A DNA stretch of 36,929 bases from an uncultured Methanospirillum sp. (GCA_964637135.1 CAZWTX010000027.1:1-36929), one strand, 5' to 3'. Counted from the first letter of the stretch, positions 9,898-19,554 are shown. A program made the numbers and translations. Notes: generated by a model from the sequence alone, not told the origin.

Positions 9898-10607
9898 ACC
9901 GGTACACCGAACCGAGTGGTTCTGTCCCTCTCGACGATCTCATTGGTGGGGGTTATCCACGGAAGATGGTCTCGCAGATCTATGGGGAACCGGGAAGCGG
10001 GAAGTCGACGTTCTGCCTTCTTGCCGCAGTTCATACCCTCCGGCAGGGACGGGCAGTGGTATACATCGACACAGAGAGTTTCTCTGTCGACCGGTTTACC
10101 CAGATCGCCGGTCCTGAGGCTGAACGGCTGGCTGACCGGTTTTACCTGTACGAACCTGCTGACTTTGATCAACAGGCTGCAATGATTGCCGATGCCGAGA
10201 AACTGCTCAATGAGAAGAAGGCAGGTCTCGTGGTGGTTGATTCGGCGACCGGGCTGTACAGGACCGAGATTGAACAGGGACAGGATCTCCTCAGGCGCCT
10301 GACCAAGCAGATGATCATGCTGCTCGGGTATGCGAAACGGTATGATATCCCGGTAATCGTGACAAACCAGGTGTACATGGACCCTGTACGAAACGATTAT
10401 GCTCCGCTCGGTGGGACAAGCCTCTTCCATATCTCGAAAGTCGTGCTTCGTATCGACCGGCTGGACGGTATCCGCAGGATACGGATTGCAAAACACCATG
10501 CCAAACCGGAAGGCTCCTACCTTGACTTTGTGATGGTTGAAGAAGGAATTCAGGTGACTTCAGGCCCGCATCTCCTGGATCATCCCGGCAGCAGGGAGAA
10601 TGAATAA
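9894..10607 (+). CDS. radB: DNA repair protein RadB
   Basis: LDDLIGGG, YGEPGSGKST, YIDTE, VVVDS, VTNQV and a C-terminal KHH basic patch. No N-terminal RadA domain. ATGA overlap with larC. Confidence 0.92.
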   Translation: MNRYTEPSGSVPLDDLIGGGYPRKMVSQIYGEPGSGKSTFCLLAAVHTLRQGRAVVYIDTESFSVDRFTQIAGPEAERLADRFYLYEPADFDQQAAMIADAEKLLNEKKAGLVVVDSATGLYRTEIEQGQDLLRRLTKQMIMLLGYAKRYDIPVIVTNQVYMDPVRNDYAPLGGTSLFHISKVVLRIDRLDGIRRIRIAKHHAKPEGSYLDFVMVEEGIQVTSGPHLLDHPGSRENE

Positions 10608-12198
10608 GGTCTCCCGGGCCAAACCGGTGTGTGAAGAGTCTGTTCAGGGGGACGAACCCACGTTAATCATACCCAGGTTTCTTATCCTTCTTGCTGTTTT
10701 CTCACTTGCCACCGGCCAGTTCGTATCTGCTGATATCCTTTTTCCTCCGGCAGAGGGGCCGTACTCGGGAGATTATGTCTATATAACCGAGCCCGGACGG
10801 TATACGCTTGAGCAGAACATATCCCATTCGTACCCCGTCGGTGTCATTATTGCAGCCCCGTCTGTCATTCTTGATGGGCAGGGGTGTCAGATCAGTCCGT
10901 CAGGGTCAGGCTCTGAGCCGCATATCGGGGTATGGATCACTCCCCGGGATACGGCCGGGCGACTCGTAACCGGGGTTAGTATTCGTAACCTCTCGGTGAG
11001 CGGTGAGACCTATGGCATTTATGCAGAAGGCGATACACCTGATTTCTCTTTTGGAACGGCTCCTGCCCGGGACAGCATTGGGGGTGAAGACCGGACGCTC
11101 GCCCTGATGCAGGTGGATGCTTCCCGGAACCGGAACGGGATCGTCATCAAGGACGTGGATCAGGTCGGGATAGAATCCGTCTTCTGCCGCGATAATACCT
11201 TGAACGGCATGGAACTGACCGGCAGTGCCGGGGATATCTCCCGATCAGTCTCGTCCGGTAACACGGCAAACGGAATACTGGTGAAGGATGTTACCGGCAT
11301 CACGATCCGGGAGAGCCGGGTGGAAGGGAACGGGGCTTCGGGGATTTTCCTGGAACGTGCAAAAGATGTCCTGATCGCTAACAATATCCTTGACAACCCG
11401 GTAAACCTCGTCTCATCGGAAGGGAGTGATATCAGGCTGAACGATGAACTCCGGCCGGGAACATCGATCACCGGTTCCCTGATGAAAGGAGGAAACCTCT
11501 GGGCAATGGAGGGTGCTTCGGTGTATGGGGCTGATATGACCGATGCAGACAATGATGGTATCGGCGATCTGCCCTATGATTCGGGGACCGGGTGGGTTGA
11601 CCAGTACCCACTCCTCCCGGCATCATTCGTCTCACCGTCTTCTGGTATTCCCGTCACATCGTCAGAACCCGTTCCCGATCAGCCGGCTTCAGGTTCATCC
11701 CCGGTTCTGGTTCCCCTGACCGATTCTCCGGGTCCGGCTGAGAGCCCGGCTCCGTCAGGAACCCCCCTTTCGCCGATTTCTGATGACCCGGTTTCTGCCC
11801 CGGTCGTCGCTCCCATCCCGGTCCGGACACCGGTAAGTGTCATATCCGGTTCCCACGCGGTCATTATCGGGGATACGATCCCGTCTGACATGAAGGGTGG
11901 CGAGACACAGACGGTTACCATCACGCTGTATAATGATGGAACAGAGGAATGGCTGCCGATGCACAATGTGGGGATTTCAGCCCTTGATACCACGGCATCC
12001 TGGGGAGAAGCCTCATACGTTGTTCCATTAAAAAGCCCGCTCTGTTCAAAGGAGTCATATACCTTTACCTTCGAGATCCATGCACCGAAGAATCCGGGAA
12101 TCTATGAACTCCGGTACCAGGCAGGAAGAGGATTTGGTTCAGGCGGGGTTGAGGCAACCTTTGGGCGCCCCTATAGCCGGACTGTGACAATCCGGTAG
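10600..12198 (+). CDS. Secreted NosD/right-handed beta-helix protein with Pro/Ser linker and C-terminal NBR1-type Ig-like domain
   Basis: Hydrophobic signal-like segment, NGI repeats, GGNLW...DADNDGIGDLPY...DQYPL, then VTITLYNDGTEEW...FEIHAPKNPGIYEL. Start codon uncertain. Confidence 0.78.
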   Translation: MNKVSRAKPVCEESVQGDEPTLIIPRFLILLAVFSLATGQFVSADILFPPAEGPYSGDYVYITEPGRYTLEQNISHSYPVGVIIAAPSVILDGQGCQISPSGSGSEPHIGVWITPRDTAGRLVTGVSIRNLSVSGETYGIYAEGDTPDFSFGTAPARDSIGGEDRTLALMQVDASRNRNGIVIKDVDQVGIESVFCRDNTLNGMELTGSAGDISRSVSSGNTANGILVKDVTGITIRESRVEGNGASGIFLERAKDVLIANNILDNPVNLVSSEGSDIRLNDELRPGTSITGSLMKGGNLWAMEGASVYGADMTDADNDGIGDLPYDSGTGWVDQYPLLPASFVSPSSGIPVTSSEPVPDQPASGSSPVLVPLTDSPGPAESPAPSGTPLSPISDDPVSAPVVAPIPVRTPVSVISGSHAVIIGDTIPSDMKGGETQTVTITLYNDGTEEWLPMHNVGISALDTTASWGEASYVVPLKSPLCSKESYTFTFEIHAPKNPGIYELRYQAGRGFGSGGVEATFGRPYSRTVTIR

Positions 12199-12219
12199 TT
12201 TTTGCCTACCCTTCCCGTT

Positions 12220-14820
12220 TCAGGTCTGTTCAGGAAGAGATACTGAGGATACATGAACAAATTTTTGTCCGGAATATTCATCTTCTGTCGCTGTTTTCTC
12301 AGATGTTCCCGCCCATACAATGATCCCGGGATCTTTCCAGGGCCCTGTTTCTGAAAGCACTACTGCACCCTCGCTTTTTCCATATGCAATGAGTGATGCA
12401 TTCATCTTGATCGCAAGATTTTTCCCGGTTATGCCTGATTTTGATCCCGAAGTTTTTACTTTTCCGACATGAATCGTGATGTCTCCATCAGGATTCACTA
12501 TTCCGTACCCTTCACCGGTAACGGTAATGAGACCTGATAGGTTCAGGTCTCCGTTAATAATAACAATACCACACCCGCATCCCGAACCTGTTAACCGGGA
12601 ATTCTGGATAGTAAGAATTGCTCCCTGGGTGGTGATTGAACCGGATTGGATCAGGATTCCATTATCTTCGGCTAATATCTCGATGACCCCCTGGATAATT
12701 GTGAGGTTGCCGGATTCCATGATTATTCCAGCGAACTGTCCGGTTACCTGAAGAGAACCACCTGCAATTTCAATATCATTCGCTGAATAAATACCCGTGT
12801 TGCCGGTGATTACCGATGTAACAGTCACTCCAAGTTCCAGATTGCCCTCTTTCATTGAAAGGCCAATTTCTTCTCCCCTGATCATCAGATCCCCGTTATC
12901 GACTTTGAGTGATCCTCCTGCGGATAACCCGATATTACCTGATACGGAAAGGGCGAAATCATCAAGAATGATATCACCTGATACCTCAAGCCCACAATTT
13001 CTCCCGGAAGCTGAAAGAACACCATTCAGAATCATCTCCCTGCCGGAGACGATCATTCCATTCCGGGCTTCCCCGGATATCGAAACATCCCCTCTCGATT
13101 GTGAATAAGAACCATCTACCCGTATCCCGGCGATTCTGCCGATCCCCATGATCAAACTATCTGAAAGATCACAATTCCCTGCTATCTGCATAACTGTATC
13201 ACCGGTAAAAACCAGGTTACCCCGGGACGCTATCAGGTTCCCACCGGTAGAAATCCCAATTTCTCCCGATCCGGTGATACCTGAACTGGAAAGGTTTAAT
13301 TCTCCCCCTGTTGAAATGAGGGTTTTTCCCGAACATTCAAGTCTGGCATCCTGACAGTTCATGTTCTTTGATACGAAGAATGCATATTCCTCACCAGAGA
13401 CGTTTACCCGGCTTTTCTCAATCAGGCATGATCCGGTGACCTGTATGCCGGTTGATCCATTCAGGATTGTTCTGGCCATATGCTGCTTAAAATCGCCATC
13501 TCCTATCCAGATGCTTTTTTCATGGCTTACAATATCAATCATGCAATCTGATATCGAGAGAGAACCGTGATTGATGTGAATCCCGGTTCCTTCCGAGGAT
13601 TCAATGCGATAGAGTCCCGCTGAAAAGGTAGATTCCCCTGCCAGTTCCATCCCCCCTTCCTGTCCTTTGATCATCACCACCGGACCGAGGGTACTCGTAA
13701 GCCCACCCTTGAGAGACCTGATTGCGGTTTTTTCTGAGCAGATGTCGAGAACAGATCCCTCAGAGATGAAAATTGTACCTGACGCCCTGATTCCATCCCC
13801 GGTGGTAAGTATTTCCAGAACAGATCGTTGAATTACCTCCAGCGTTCCTGAATCAACGTCGATCCCAATTTCTTCTCCTTTGATGAGGAGAGCTCCGAGC
13901 CCTTTGATGACGAGGTTTCCGTTCTTGATTCGAATACCCGGGCTGTGGGAACTGATGATCTGGTTATCTATCTGCTCTATCTGGATGGTAATATTACCAG
14001 TCGCAGTAATAGCAGTGCCATGATAATTGGAAAGGAGAAGGGTGCGTGTCTCGGCGGTCCATTTCCATCCCTTCCCGTAACAATCATCTTCACAAAAATA
14101 GGTTTTTCCAGCGATTATCAGTTCTTCATGAATTTTATGAGGTTCTGACAGGCTATGTTGGTGAATGGCAAGATCGGCGGTGGTATGAATCGCACTGTCG
14201 CCGTATTTTGCACATACCAATTCGTATTCCAGTTCCCGTTGTAAATTCAGACCTGCAATTGGCATGAGGTTCGTGCAGTATGTAATCACTTCTCCAAAAT
14301 CCCCGCATCTTCGCATGGTGTCCAGTACCGGGATCCATTGTGTTGCGGGAATATCTGCAAACGTCTTATTGCCGGGAAAAATAAGGGATAATGCCTTTTT
14401 TCGGGATAACCGGGCTATATCTGGGAGCAAGATACTATCCGCACACCAGGCAGCGGCAATGTAGTATTCTATCGCAGTTTCAGTTTTATTGTCCCTCTCC
14501 TTAATCTCCGCAGCCCTGAGATAGAGAAAAGGAGATAACAGCATATCTGGAGGAGTCGGATCATTGCCCTGAATGAATGTAATAAAATCCTTGGAGGCAG
14601 AACTTTTTTCTTCGATATCCTCACTAATATATCCACAATGTGGGCATATCTCAAGTTTTTTTTTCAGAAGGGATTCTGTCAATTCTTTTGGACGGCCGTC
14701 TAAGTCGATAATTCTGGAAGGTCCTGCAATATACGGAGATATTTGAACGGGTTCTGTTACGTGTTTGGATTTTAAACGACAGATCGAACATTCTTTTAAA
14801 GCAACTTTCTTTCGATTCAT
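12220..14820 (-). CDS. DUF2225-like N-terminal domain (CxxC...DLDGRP...CPHCGY, helical) fused to a long beta-helix (Cthe_2159/carbohydrate-binding-like)
   Basis: 866-aa ORF. Two CxxC pairs, AAWCAD and MRRCGDFGE helices, and about 23 coils of 21-24 aa starting G[IL]x. Confidence 0.7.
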   Translation of the reverse strand: MNRKKVALKECSICRLKSKHVTEPVQISPYIAGPSRIIDLDGRPKELTESLLKKKLEICPHCGYISEDIEEKSSASKDFITFIQGNDPTPPDMLLSPFLYLRAAEIKERDNKTETAIEYYIAAAWCADSILLPDIARLSRKKALSLIFPGNKTFADIPATQWIPVLDTMRRCGDFGEVITYCTNLMPIAGLNLQRELEYELVCAKYGDSAIHTTADLAIHQHSLSEPHKIHEELIIAGKTYFCEDDCYGKGWKWTAETRTLLLSNYHGTAITATGNITIQIEQIDNQIISSHSPGIRIKNGNLVIKGLGALLIKGEEIGIDVDSGTLEVIQRSVLEILTTGDGIRASGTIFISEGSVLDICSEKTAIRSLKGGLTSTLGPVVMIKGQEGGMELAGESTFSAGLYRIESSEGTGIHINHGSLSISDCMIDIVSHEKSIWIGDGDFKQHMARTILNGSTGIQVTGSCLIEKSRVNVSGEEYAFFVSKNMNCQDARLECSGKTLISTGGELNLSSSGITGSGEIGISTGGNLIASRGNLVFTGDTVMQIAGNCDLSDSLIMGIGRIAGIRVDGSYSQSRGDVSISGEARNGMIVSGREMILNGVLSASGRNCGLEVSGDIILDDFALSVSGNIGLSAGGSLKVDNGDLMIRGEEIGLSMKEGNLELGVTVTSVITGNTGIYSANDIEIAGGSLQVTGQFAGIIMESGNLTIIQGVIEILAEDNGILIQSGSITTQGAILTIQNSRLTGSGCGCGIVIINGDLNLSGLITVTGEGYGIVNPDGDITIHVGKVKTSGSKSGITGKNLAIKMNASLIAYGKSEGAVVLSETGPWKDPGIIVWAGTSEKTATEDEYSGQKFVHVSSVSLPEQT

Positions 14821-15130
14821 TGTAATGAAATTTTGTTATAAGGACCTTCCACATGGATGGTCAGCAAGGTACCTTATTTCATATCTCACGAGTATCCAGA
14901 AAACCTTATTGATAAAATAATCGCGTGTTAAAAATAGGTTCTACATATTCATTTTGATCCATTAGATAAGTACTGATGCCATCAATTTCCACGGTTATCA
15001 AATGCCGGCCACTGTCAGCCAGGAATACCGTAAATTCATGCTATGCGATAGAAAAGATTAAACGACTGAATTTCGAGTTCTTTCTCCGACGGGGAATAAC
15101 TGATATCTTTCCGAAATCCCCATTATGGAG

Positions 15131-15235
15131 GGGAAGGGATGATCCTTTGCTCCGGGTTCCACAAGATGATGTATGTGGATTCATCACCCGGATAGGGTCA
15201 TCGGCGATTACTCTGTCCAGGGAGTACTCCTTCCC
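15131..15235. other. Nested multi-stem inverted-repeat element (candidate structured RNA)
   Basis: GGGAAGG/CCTTCCC encloses GATGATCCT/AGGGTCATC, TCCGGGT/ACCCGGA and TCCACA/TGTGGA, plus a side hairpin TACTC/GAGTA. Confidence 0.4.
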
Positions 15236-15603
15236 TAATACCCAAATGCGAAGGATATGCCCCGCTCAATACAGAAATCACCCTCATCCTGGCGACCCAA
15301 TTTTAAGAGGGTGACTCCTTTGTTATACCAGGTCTCCGCGTTGAATGGATCACACTCAAGGGCTGAATCATAACAGACTACTGCTTCTTCAAAATGACCA
15401 CTCATGTCGAGTGCATTTCCTTTTGAGTGGAATGCCCGGTGATTACCGGGTTCAATCGCAAGAACCCTGTCATAAAGGTCGATAGCCTTTGCGTACTCAC
15501 TCTGATTCTTCAGGTTGTTCGCCTGTTTCAGAATACTCTCTGCGTAAGGATTACGCAGAGTTATGATCCGGTTGCTTCTCCCGGATCCCTCTACCTTGGT
15601 CAC
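15235..15603 (-). CDS. Small tetratricopeptide-repeat protein
   Basis: Three TPR-like units (AIDLYDRVLAIEP, AFHSKGNALD...YDSALECDP, TWYNKGVTLLKLG). GTG start. Confidence 0.85.
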   Translation of the reverse strand: MTKVEGSGRSNRIITLRNPYAESILKQANNLKNQSEYAKAIDLYDRVLAIEPGNHRAFHSKGNALDMSGHFEEAVVCYDSALECDPFNAETWYNKGVTLLKLGRQDEGDFCIERGISFAFGY

Positions 15604-15983
15604 AAAGGGAAATGAGCTCTAATAGTATATAATTTTACCTTAAATTAAAAATTAATAATTAATAAATGTTTTTATTACATTTTGAATTAAAAATAATCTA
15701 TTATAAATCTATCTTTTAGGATATTGCTCGCATATAAATTAATTACCTATATCTCTCAATCGATTCTCTTCTTTTTTAGACACACCATGAGCGAATCGTC
15801 CCAATTAGTAAATGATGTTAATCCGGTGTGTGAATGAGTTTTTCATCAGCGAATCTGTTTCAGGAATTGTTCTCAGAGGATCCTGACTGATCCGAAAAGG
15901 CACTGGTAAACGGGTTTGAAGAAAAACTGGTAATGTGTGATATAAGGGAAAAAGGGTATCCGGGAAAATGCCGACCGATCTGC

Positions 15984-16745
15984 TTACCAGTCGTCCATTT
16001 CACGCTTGGCAATGAGATCATCGGCTTCGTCGTTCAGACCAAGTTTACGGAGGCATTCGATCTTTGCATCGTAGACCTCGGCATGGTTTGGTTCGATCCT
16101 GATGACCCGGTCAAAACACTTGATAGCCTCCGGGCAGTTATCTTTCCGTACAAGGGAGAGACCGAGTTCGTACCAGGCGTCTGCATCCTGGGGATCAGCC
16201 TTGAGGATCTTTTTAAAACACAGGATTGCGTCATCGTACTGATTTATCTTCTGAAGGCTGATTCCCTTGTTATACAGGGCATTAACATCTCCCGGTGCGA
16301 ATTCGATGATCTTGTCGAAACATTCCACTGCCTCGGCATGTTTATCTATTTCAGCCAGGGCGGATCCTTTGTTGCTCAGGGCGTGGACGTTGTCTGGCTC
16401 AAGTTCGAGAACCATGTTAAAGCAGGGGATTGCCTTGCTGTATCGTCCCATGAAGAAGTAATTGATCCCCATGTACAACCAGTACCGGGAATCTTTGTCA
16501 TTCAGCTTTAATGCCTGTTCAAATGACTCGATAGCTTCCTGGTACCGAATCAGGTTCATGTAGGCTATTCCCTTCTGGAAATAGGTTTCTTCATCAACAG
16601 GATCAAGAGAGATGGATTTCTCGAAAAACTGAACTGCTTTGTCAAATTGTTGGGCATTGGAGCATTTCATGCCCTCTGCCTTCCATTTCCTGGCTTCTCT
16701 GGCGGTTAATTCATCCCCCATAGTATTCCCTGCAATACCCTTCAT
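15984..16745 (-). CDS. Tetratricopeptide-repeat protein (6-7 TPRs)
   Basis: Repeated KG...AI.CF...L...P units. Alternative start at 16721. Confidence 0.9.
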   Translation of the reverse strand: MKGIAGNTMGDELTAREARKWKAEGMKCSNAQQFDKAVQFFEKSISLDPVDEETYFQKGIAYMNLIRYQEAIESFEQALKLNDKDSRYWLYMGINYFFMGRYSKAIPCFNMVLELEPDNVHALSNKGSALAEIDKHAEAVECFDKIIEFAPGDVNALYNKGISLQKINQYDDAILCFKKILKADPQDADAWYELGLSLVRKDNCPEAIKCFDRVIRIEPNHAEVYDAKIECLRKLGLNDEADDLIAKREMDDW

Positions 16746-16827
16746 TGCATACCTTTCCCTTTATAGATATCCATCCGGATCAGGCAAAAGGGAAGCATCT
16801 TTCTCCGGATAAAAAAAACAATCTGGT

Positions 16828-17511
16828 ATGAGATGGGCAGATTCCCGTTCACCTGTATATCCGGGAGAGAGCAGTGAGAATACGGGACGGGACGTGCAGA
16901 TCCTGCTCGTTGCGATGGTACCGCTCCTGGTAACCGGGCCTGCCATTCCGCCTGGAACCGGAAACCTTCCGGTGATATCTCTCTTTCTGACGGTCATGAT
17001 GGCAGGAGCCCTGCCGGTTCTTCGCGATATGCACAGGCAGTTTCTGGTCGGATGTATCACTGCCCTCGTATCACTTGAATTCTTTTGGATGTCTGGATTT
17101 TCAGGAAATCCCATTCTGTTTGTCCTTGGAGAACTATCGTACCTTCTATTTCTCATGGTTCTTACACGACACCTTCTCGTCCGGACGGCCCGCTGTTCCG
17201 GGCCGGTACTGGCGTTGTTCTTCCTCCTTCTCTCGGTGGTTATATCCTCAGGAATCTGCCTTGGAACGGTTATCCATCTCTCTTCCCTCCTGGAAGGGGC
17301 ATCACCACCGGACGCATCCACGATGGCAGTGACCTTTTGTGAACGCATTCTTGACGGGGTAACCGTCATGACTCCGGCAGGAGGATTTGTCAGTACTGGT
17401 ATTCATTCGGGATTCCCCCTGACCAGGATCCTGTATACTTTCGGGACACTTGGGGGGTACGGGATCCTCCTTCTCTCGGTATGGCGGATCGTTCTGCTGA
17501 AAAAAGAGTGA
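16828..17511 (+). CDS. Multi-pass membrane protein resembling a K+-channel-family protein with a degenerate pore
   Basis: About 6 hydrophobic segments. The C-terminal TM-loop-TVMTPAGG...PLTRIL...GGYGILLLSVWRIV parallels the TLTTVGYGD..PLARSL...GQLYLAILVARLV pattern. Confidence 0.5.
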   Translation: MRWADSRSPVYPGESSENTGRDVQILLVAMVPLLVTGPAIPPGTGNLPVISLFLTVMMAGALPVLRDMHRQFLVGCITALVSLEFFWMSGFSGNPILFVLGELSYLLFLMVLTRHLLVRTARCSGPVLALFFLLLSVVISSGICLGTVIHLSSLLEGASPPDASTMAVTFCERILDGVTVMTPAGGFVSTGIHSGFPLTRILYTFGTLGGYGILLLSVWRIVLLKKE

Positions 17512-17512
17512 A

Positions 17513-18340
17513 TCAGAGAGAAAGCCGGCCGGTGAAGACCGTGTCGGCCGGACCTCTCATCCTGACCGGCTGCGTGAGGGTGATCATGAGCGGGCCGCCG
17601 ATCGTCTCGACTTCGACCACGTCATCAGTCTTCCCGATCCGGTGGGCAATCGCTGCTGATGCTGTTGCCCCGGTGCCACAGGAGAGGGTTTCACCCTCGA
17701 CTCCCCGTTCAAAGGTCCGAATCCGTATATTCTCCCGGTCGACAACCTGAACCAGGTTCACATTGGCTCCTTTTGGGAAATATTGGCTGTGCCGGATGGG
17801 GGGAGCGATCTGCATGATCTCTGCCATCTCGATATCCTTGACAAAAATCACCGCATGCGGGACCCCGGTGTTCACTGCATAGACTTCGTACCCGTTGATG
17901 ATCTCGTGGAAGTCGCCGCTTCCTTTTGCCGGAATCTCCGGTGCATTAAACTGCGGGGTGTTCATCTCGACCTCTGCGTAGAAGTCCCCGTCATCATCAA
18001 CTCCCATGGAGACCCTGATGGCCCCGGCGGGGGTGTCAACGGTGCAGGCACCCCTGATGTATCCGGCATCGGCGGCATACTTGATCAGGCAGCGTATCCC
18101 GTTTCCACACATCTCGGCCTCGCTCTCGTCAGGCTGGAAGAGCCGCATGGAGAGATCCGTGGTTTTCCCCTTCCCAAGGAAGAGAACGCCGTCAGCGCCG
18201 ATACCAAACCGGCGATCACAGTACACCGAGGCAAACGATGCCTTCATATCACCGGGGATTAATTCACCCTTGTATTCATCGATAAGGATGAAATCATTCC
18301 CGTTCCCATGAAGTTTCGTGAAAGACAGATCCATATTCAT
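17513..18340 (-). CDS. dapF: Diaminopimelate epimerase
   Basis: FTKLHGNGNDF, GIGADG, EMCGNGIRC, GVPHAV, ERGVEGETLSCGTGA. Confidence 0.95.
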   Translation of the reverse strand: MNMDLSFTKLHGNGNDFILIDEYKGELIPGDMKASFASVYCDRRFGIGADGVLFLGKGKTTDLSMRLFQPDESEAEMCGNGIRCLIKYAADAGYIRGACTVDTPAGAIRVSMGVDDDGDFYAEVEMNTPQFNAPEIPAKGSGDFHEIINGYEVYAVNTGVPHAVIFVKDIEMAEIMQIAPPIRHSQYFPKGANVNLVQVVDRENIRIRTFERGVEGETLSCGTGATASAAIAHRIGKTDDVVEVETIGGPLMITLTQPVRMRGPADTVFTGRLSL

Positions 18341-18352
18341 CGCCCTTATTGA

Positions 18353-19552
18353 TCAGGCGGTTCCCCATTTATCAAGAGCTTTTTTAAGTTCGGGATGGGT
18401 GACTGCGTACTCTTTCAGGGATATCCCTTCCATGACGGCATCAACAGCCTGGCGCATAGCAGTGGCACCCGCCCGGGTACCATCCGGATGGCCGTGTATT
18501 CCTCCTCCTGCCTGGAGTATGATATCCCTGCCAAGGGAGGTTATTTCAGAGGCCACGCCGCCCGGGTGCAGACCGCCGCTCGCTACCGGGAAGACCGGTC
18601 TGACATCAAACCAGGGTTCGGTGAGGGAGAGGTTATCTCCCCTCAGTTCAGCAAGGTCATGCTCCATTTTTCCTGAAACCGTCCCGGTATGAAGCTGGTC
18701 ACCGCCGAGCATCCTGACCAGCCGGCAGAACGGCCTCATGGCTATTCCATGCTCCTGGTTCCGGGTAATTGCGGCATGCATGGTCCGGTGGATATGCAGG
18801 GGGATCCTGATTTCCGGATCCTCGGCGATCACCCGGATTGCGTCGAATCCGCAGACGATCACATCGATCATGAGCATGTTTGCACCAAGCTCGATCGCCT
18901 GGTAGGCCCGGTCCCGGATTTTATCTCCTGGCGTCGAGATGTTCACGGCATAGAGGACATTTCGTCCGGTTTCATCCTTTACCCGGTCCATTGCGTCCAT
19001 TACAAGCGGCAGACGCTCTGCAATGGGACAGAACGCCTGATCGGTGAGTGTCTCATCATCCTTGATCAGGTCGACCCCGCCCACAGCCGCCTCATATGCA
19101 ACGGCAGCGGTATCTTTCGGGTTAAGGCCGACTTTCGGCTTGATAATCGTGCCGACATGGGGACGATCGCGGGTTCCCACGAGTTTTCGAACACCCTCGA
19201 TTCCGAATTTCGGACCGGGGAACGACATGAGTTCTTTTGGAAAAGTGACATCAAGCAGTCTGACTGCGGCAATTTTTGAGAGGCCGAAGAGATTGCCTGC
19301 GATGACCGAGAGATACTGGGGAATACTTCCCGGTTCAAAGATCTCGGCAGGGAACCGGATAGTGGTGACATATCCGTTCCCTGAAGGCTCCGTTGATTCC
19401 ACGACCCCGTCCAGATATCTGACATAGTCTATTCTGGTTGCAATATTGGTCCAGGTTCCGGTGGTCTGTTCTTCTGCTATGGCATGTGCGGCCCAATCCG
19501 GATCAACACCCGGTTTGGGGCGGAAAAAGTAGGTTGCGTATGCATCTGTCAT
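18353..19552 (-). CDS. rbcL: RuBisCO large subunit, archaeal form III
   Basis: Catalytic residues retained: EQTTGT, GN, IKPK, DLIKDDE, HIHRTMH, QLHTGTVSGK, ASGG, GGG. Start placed at MTDAY. Confidence 0.9.
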   Translation of the reverse strand: MTDAYATYFFRPKPGVDPDWAAHAIAEEQTTGTWTNIATRIDYVRYLDGVVESTEPSGNGYVTTIRFPAEIFEPGSIPQYLSVIAGNLFGLSKIAAVRLLDVTFPKELMSFPGPKFGIEGVRKLVGTRDRPHVGTIIKPKVGLNPKDTAAVAYEAAVGGVDLIKDDETLTDQAFCPIAERLPLVMDAMDRVKDETGRNVLYAVNISTPGDKIRDRAYQAIELGANMLMIDVIVCGFDAIRVIAEDPEIRIPLHIHRTMHAAITRNQEHGIAMRPFCRLVRMLGGDQLHTGTVSGKMEHDLAELRGDNLSLTEPWFDVRPVFPVASGGLHPGGVASEITSLGRDIILQAGGGIHGHPDGTRAGATAMRQAVDAVMEGISLKEYAVTHPELKKALDKWGTA

Positions 19553-19554
19553 GG

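Noticed and set aside
15190..15237. Minus-strand resemblance to a fluoride riboswitch (GGGAAGGAGTACTCCC...GCCGATGACCCTA)
   Set aside because: The GAUGG core and pseudoknot pairing are imperfect, it directly follows a stop codon, and no fluoride-related gene lies downstream.
18353..19552. RuBisCO-like protein (form IV) with MtnA in methionine salvage
   Set aside because: The carboxylase catalytic motifs are present, and the neighbour has R15P isomerase signatures.
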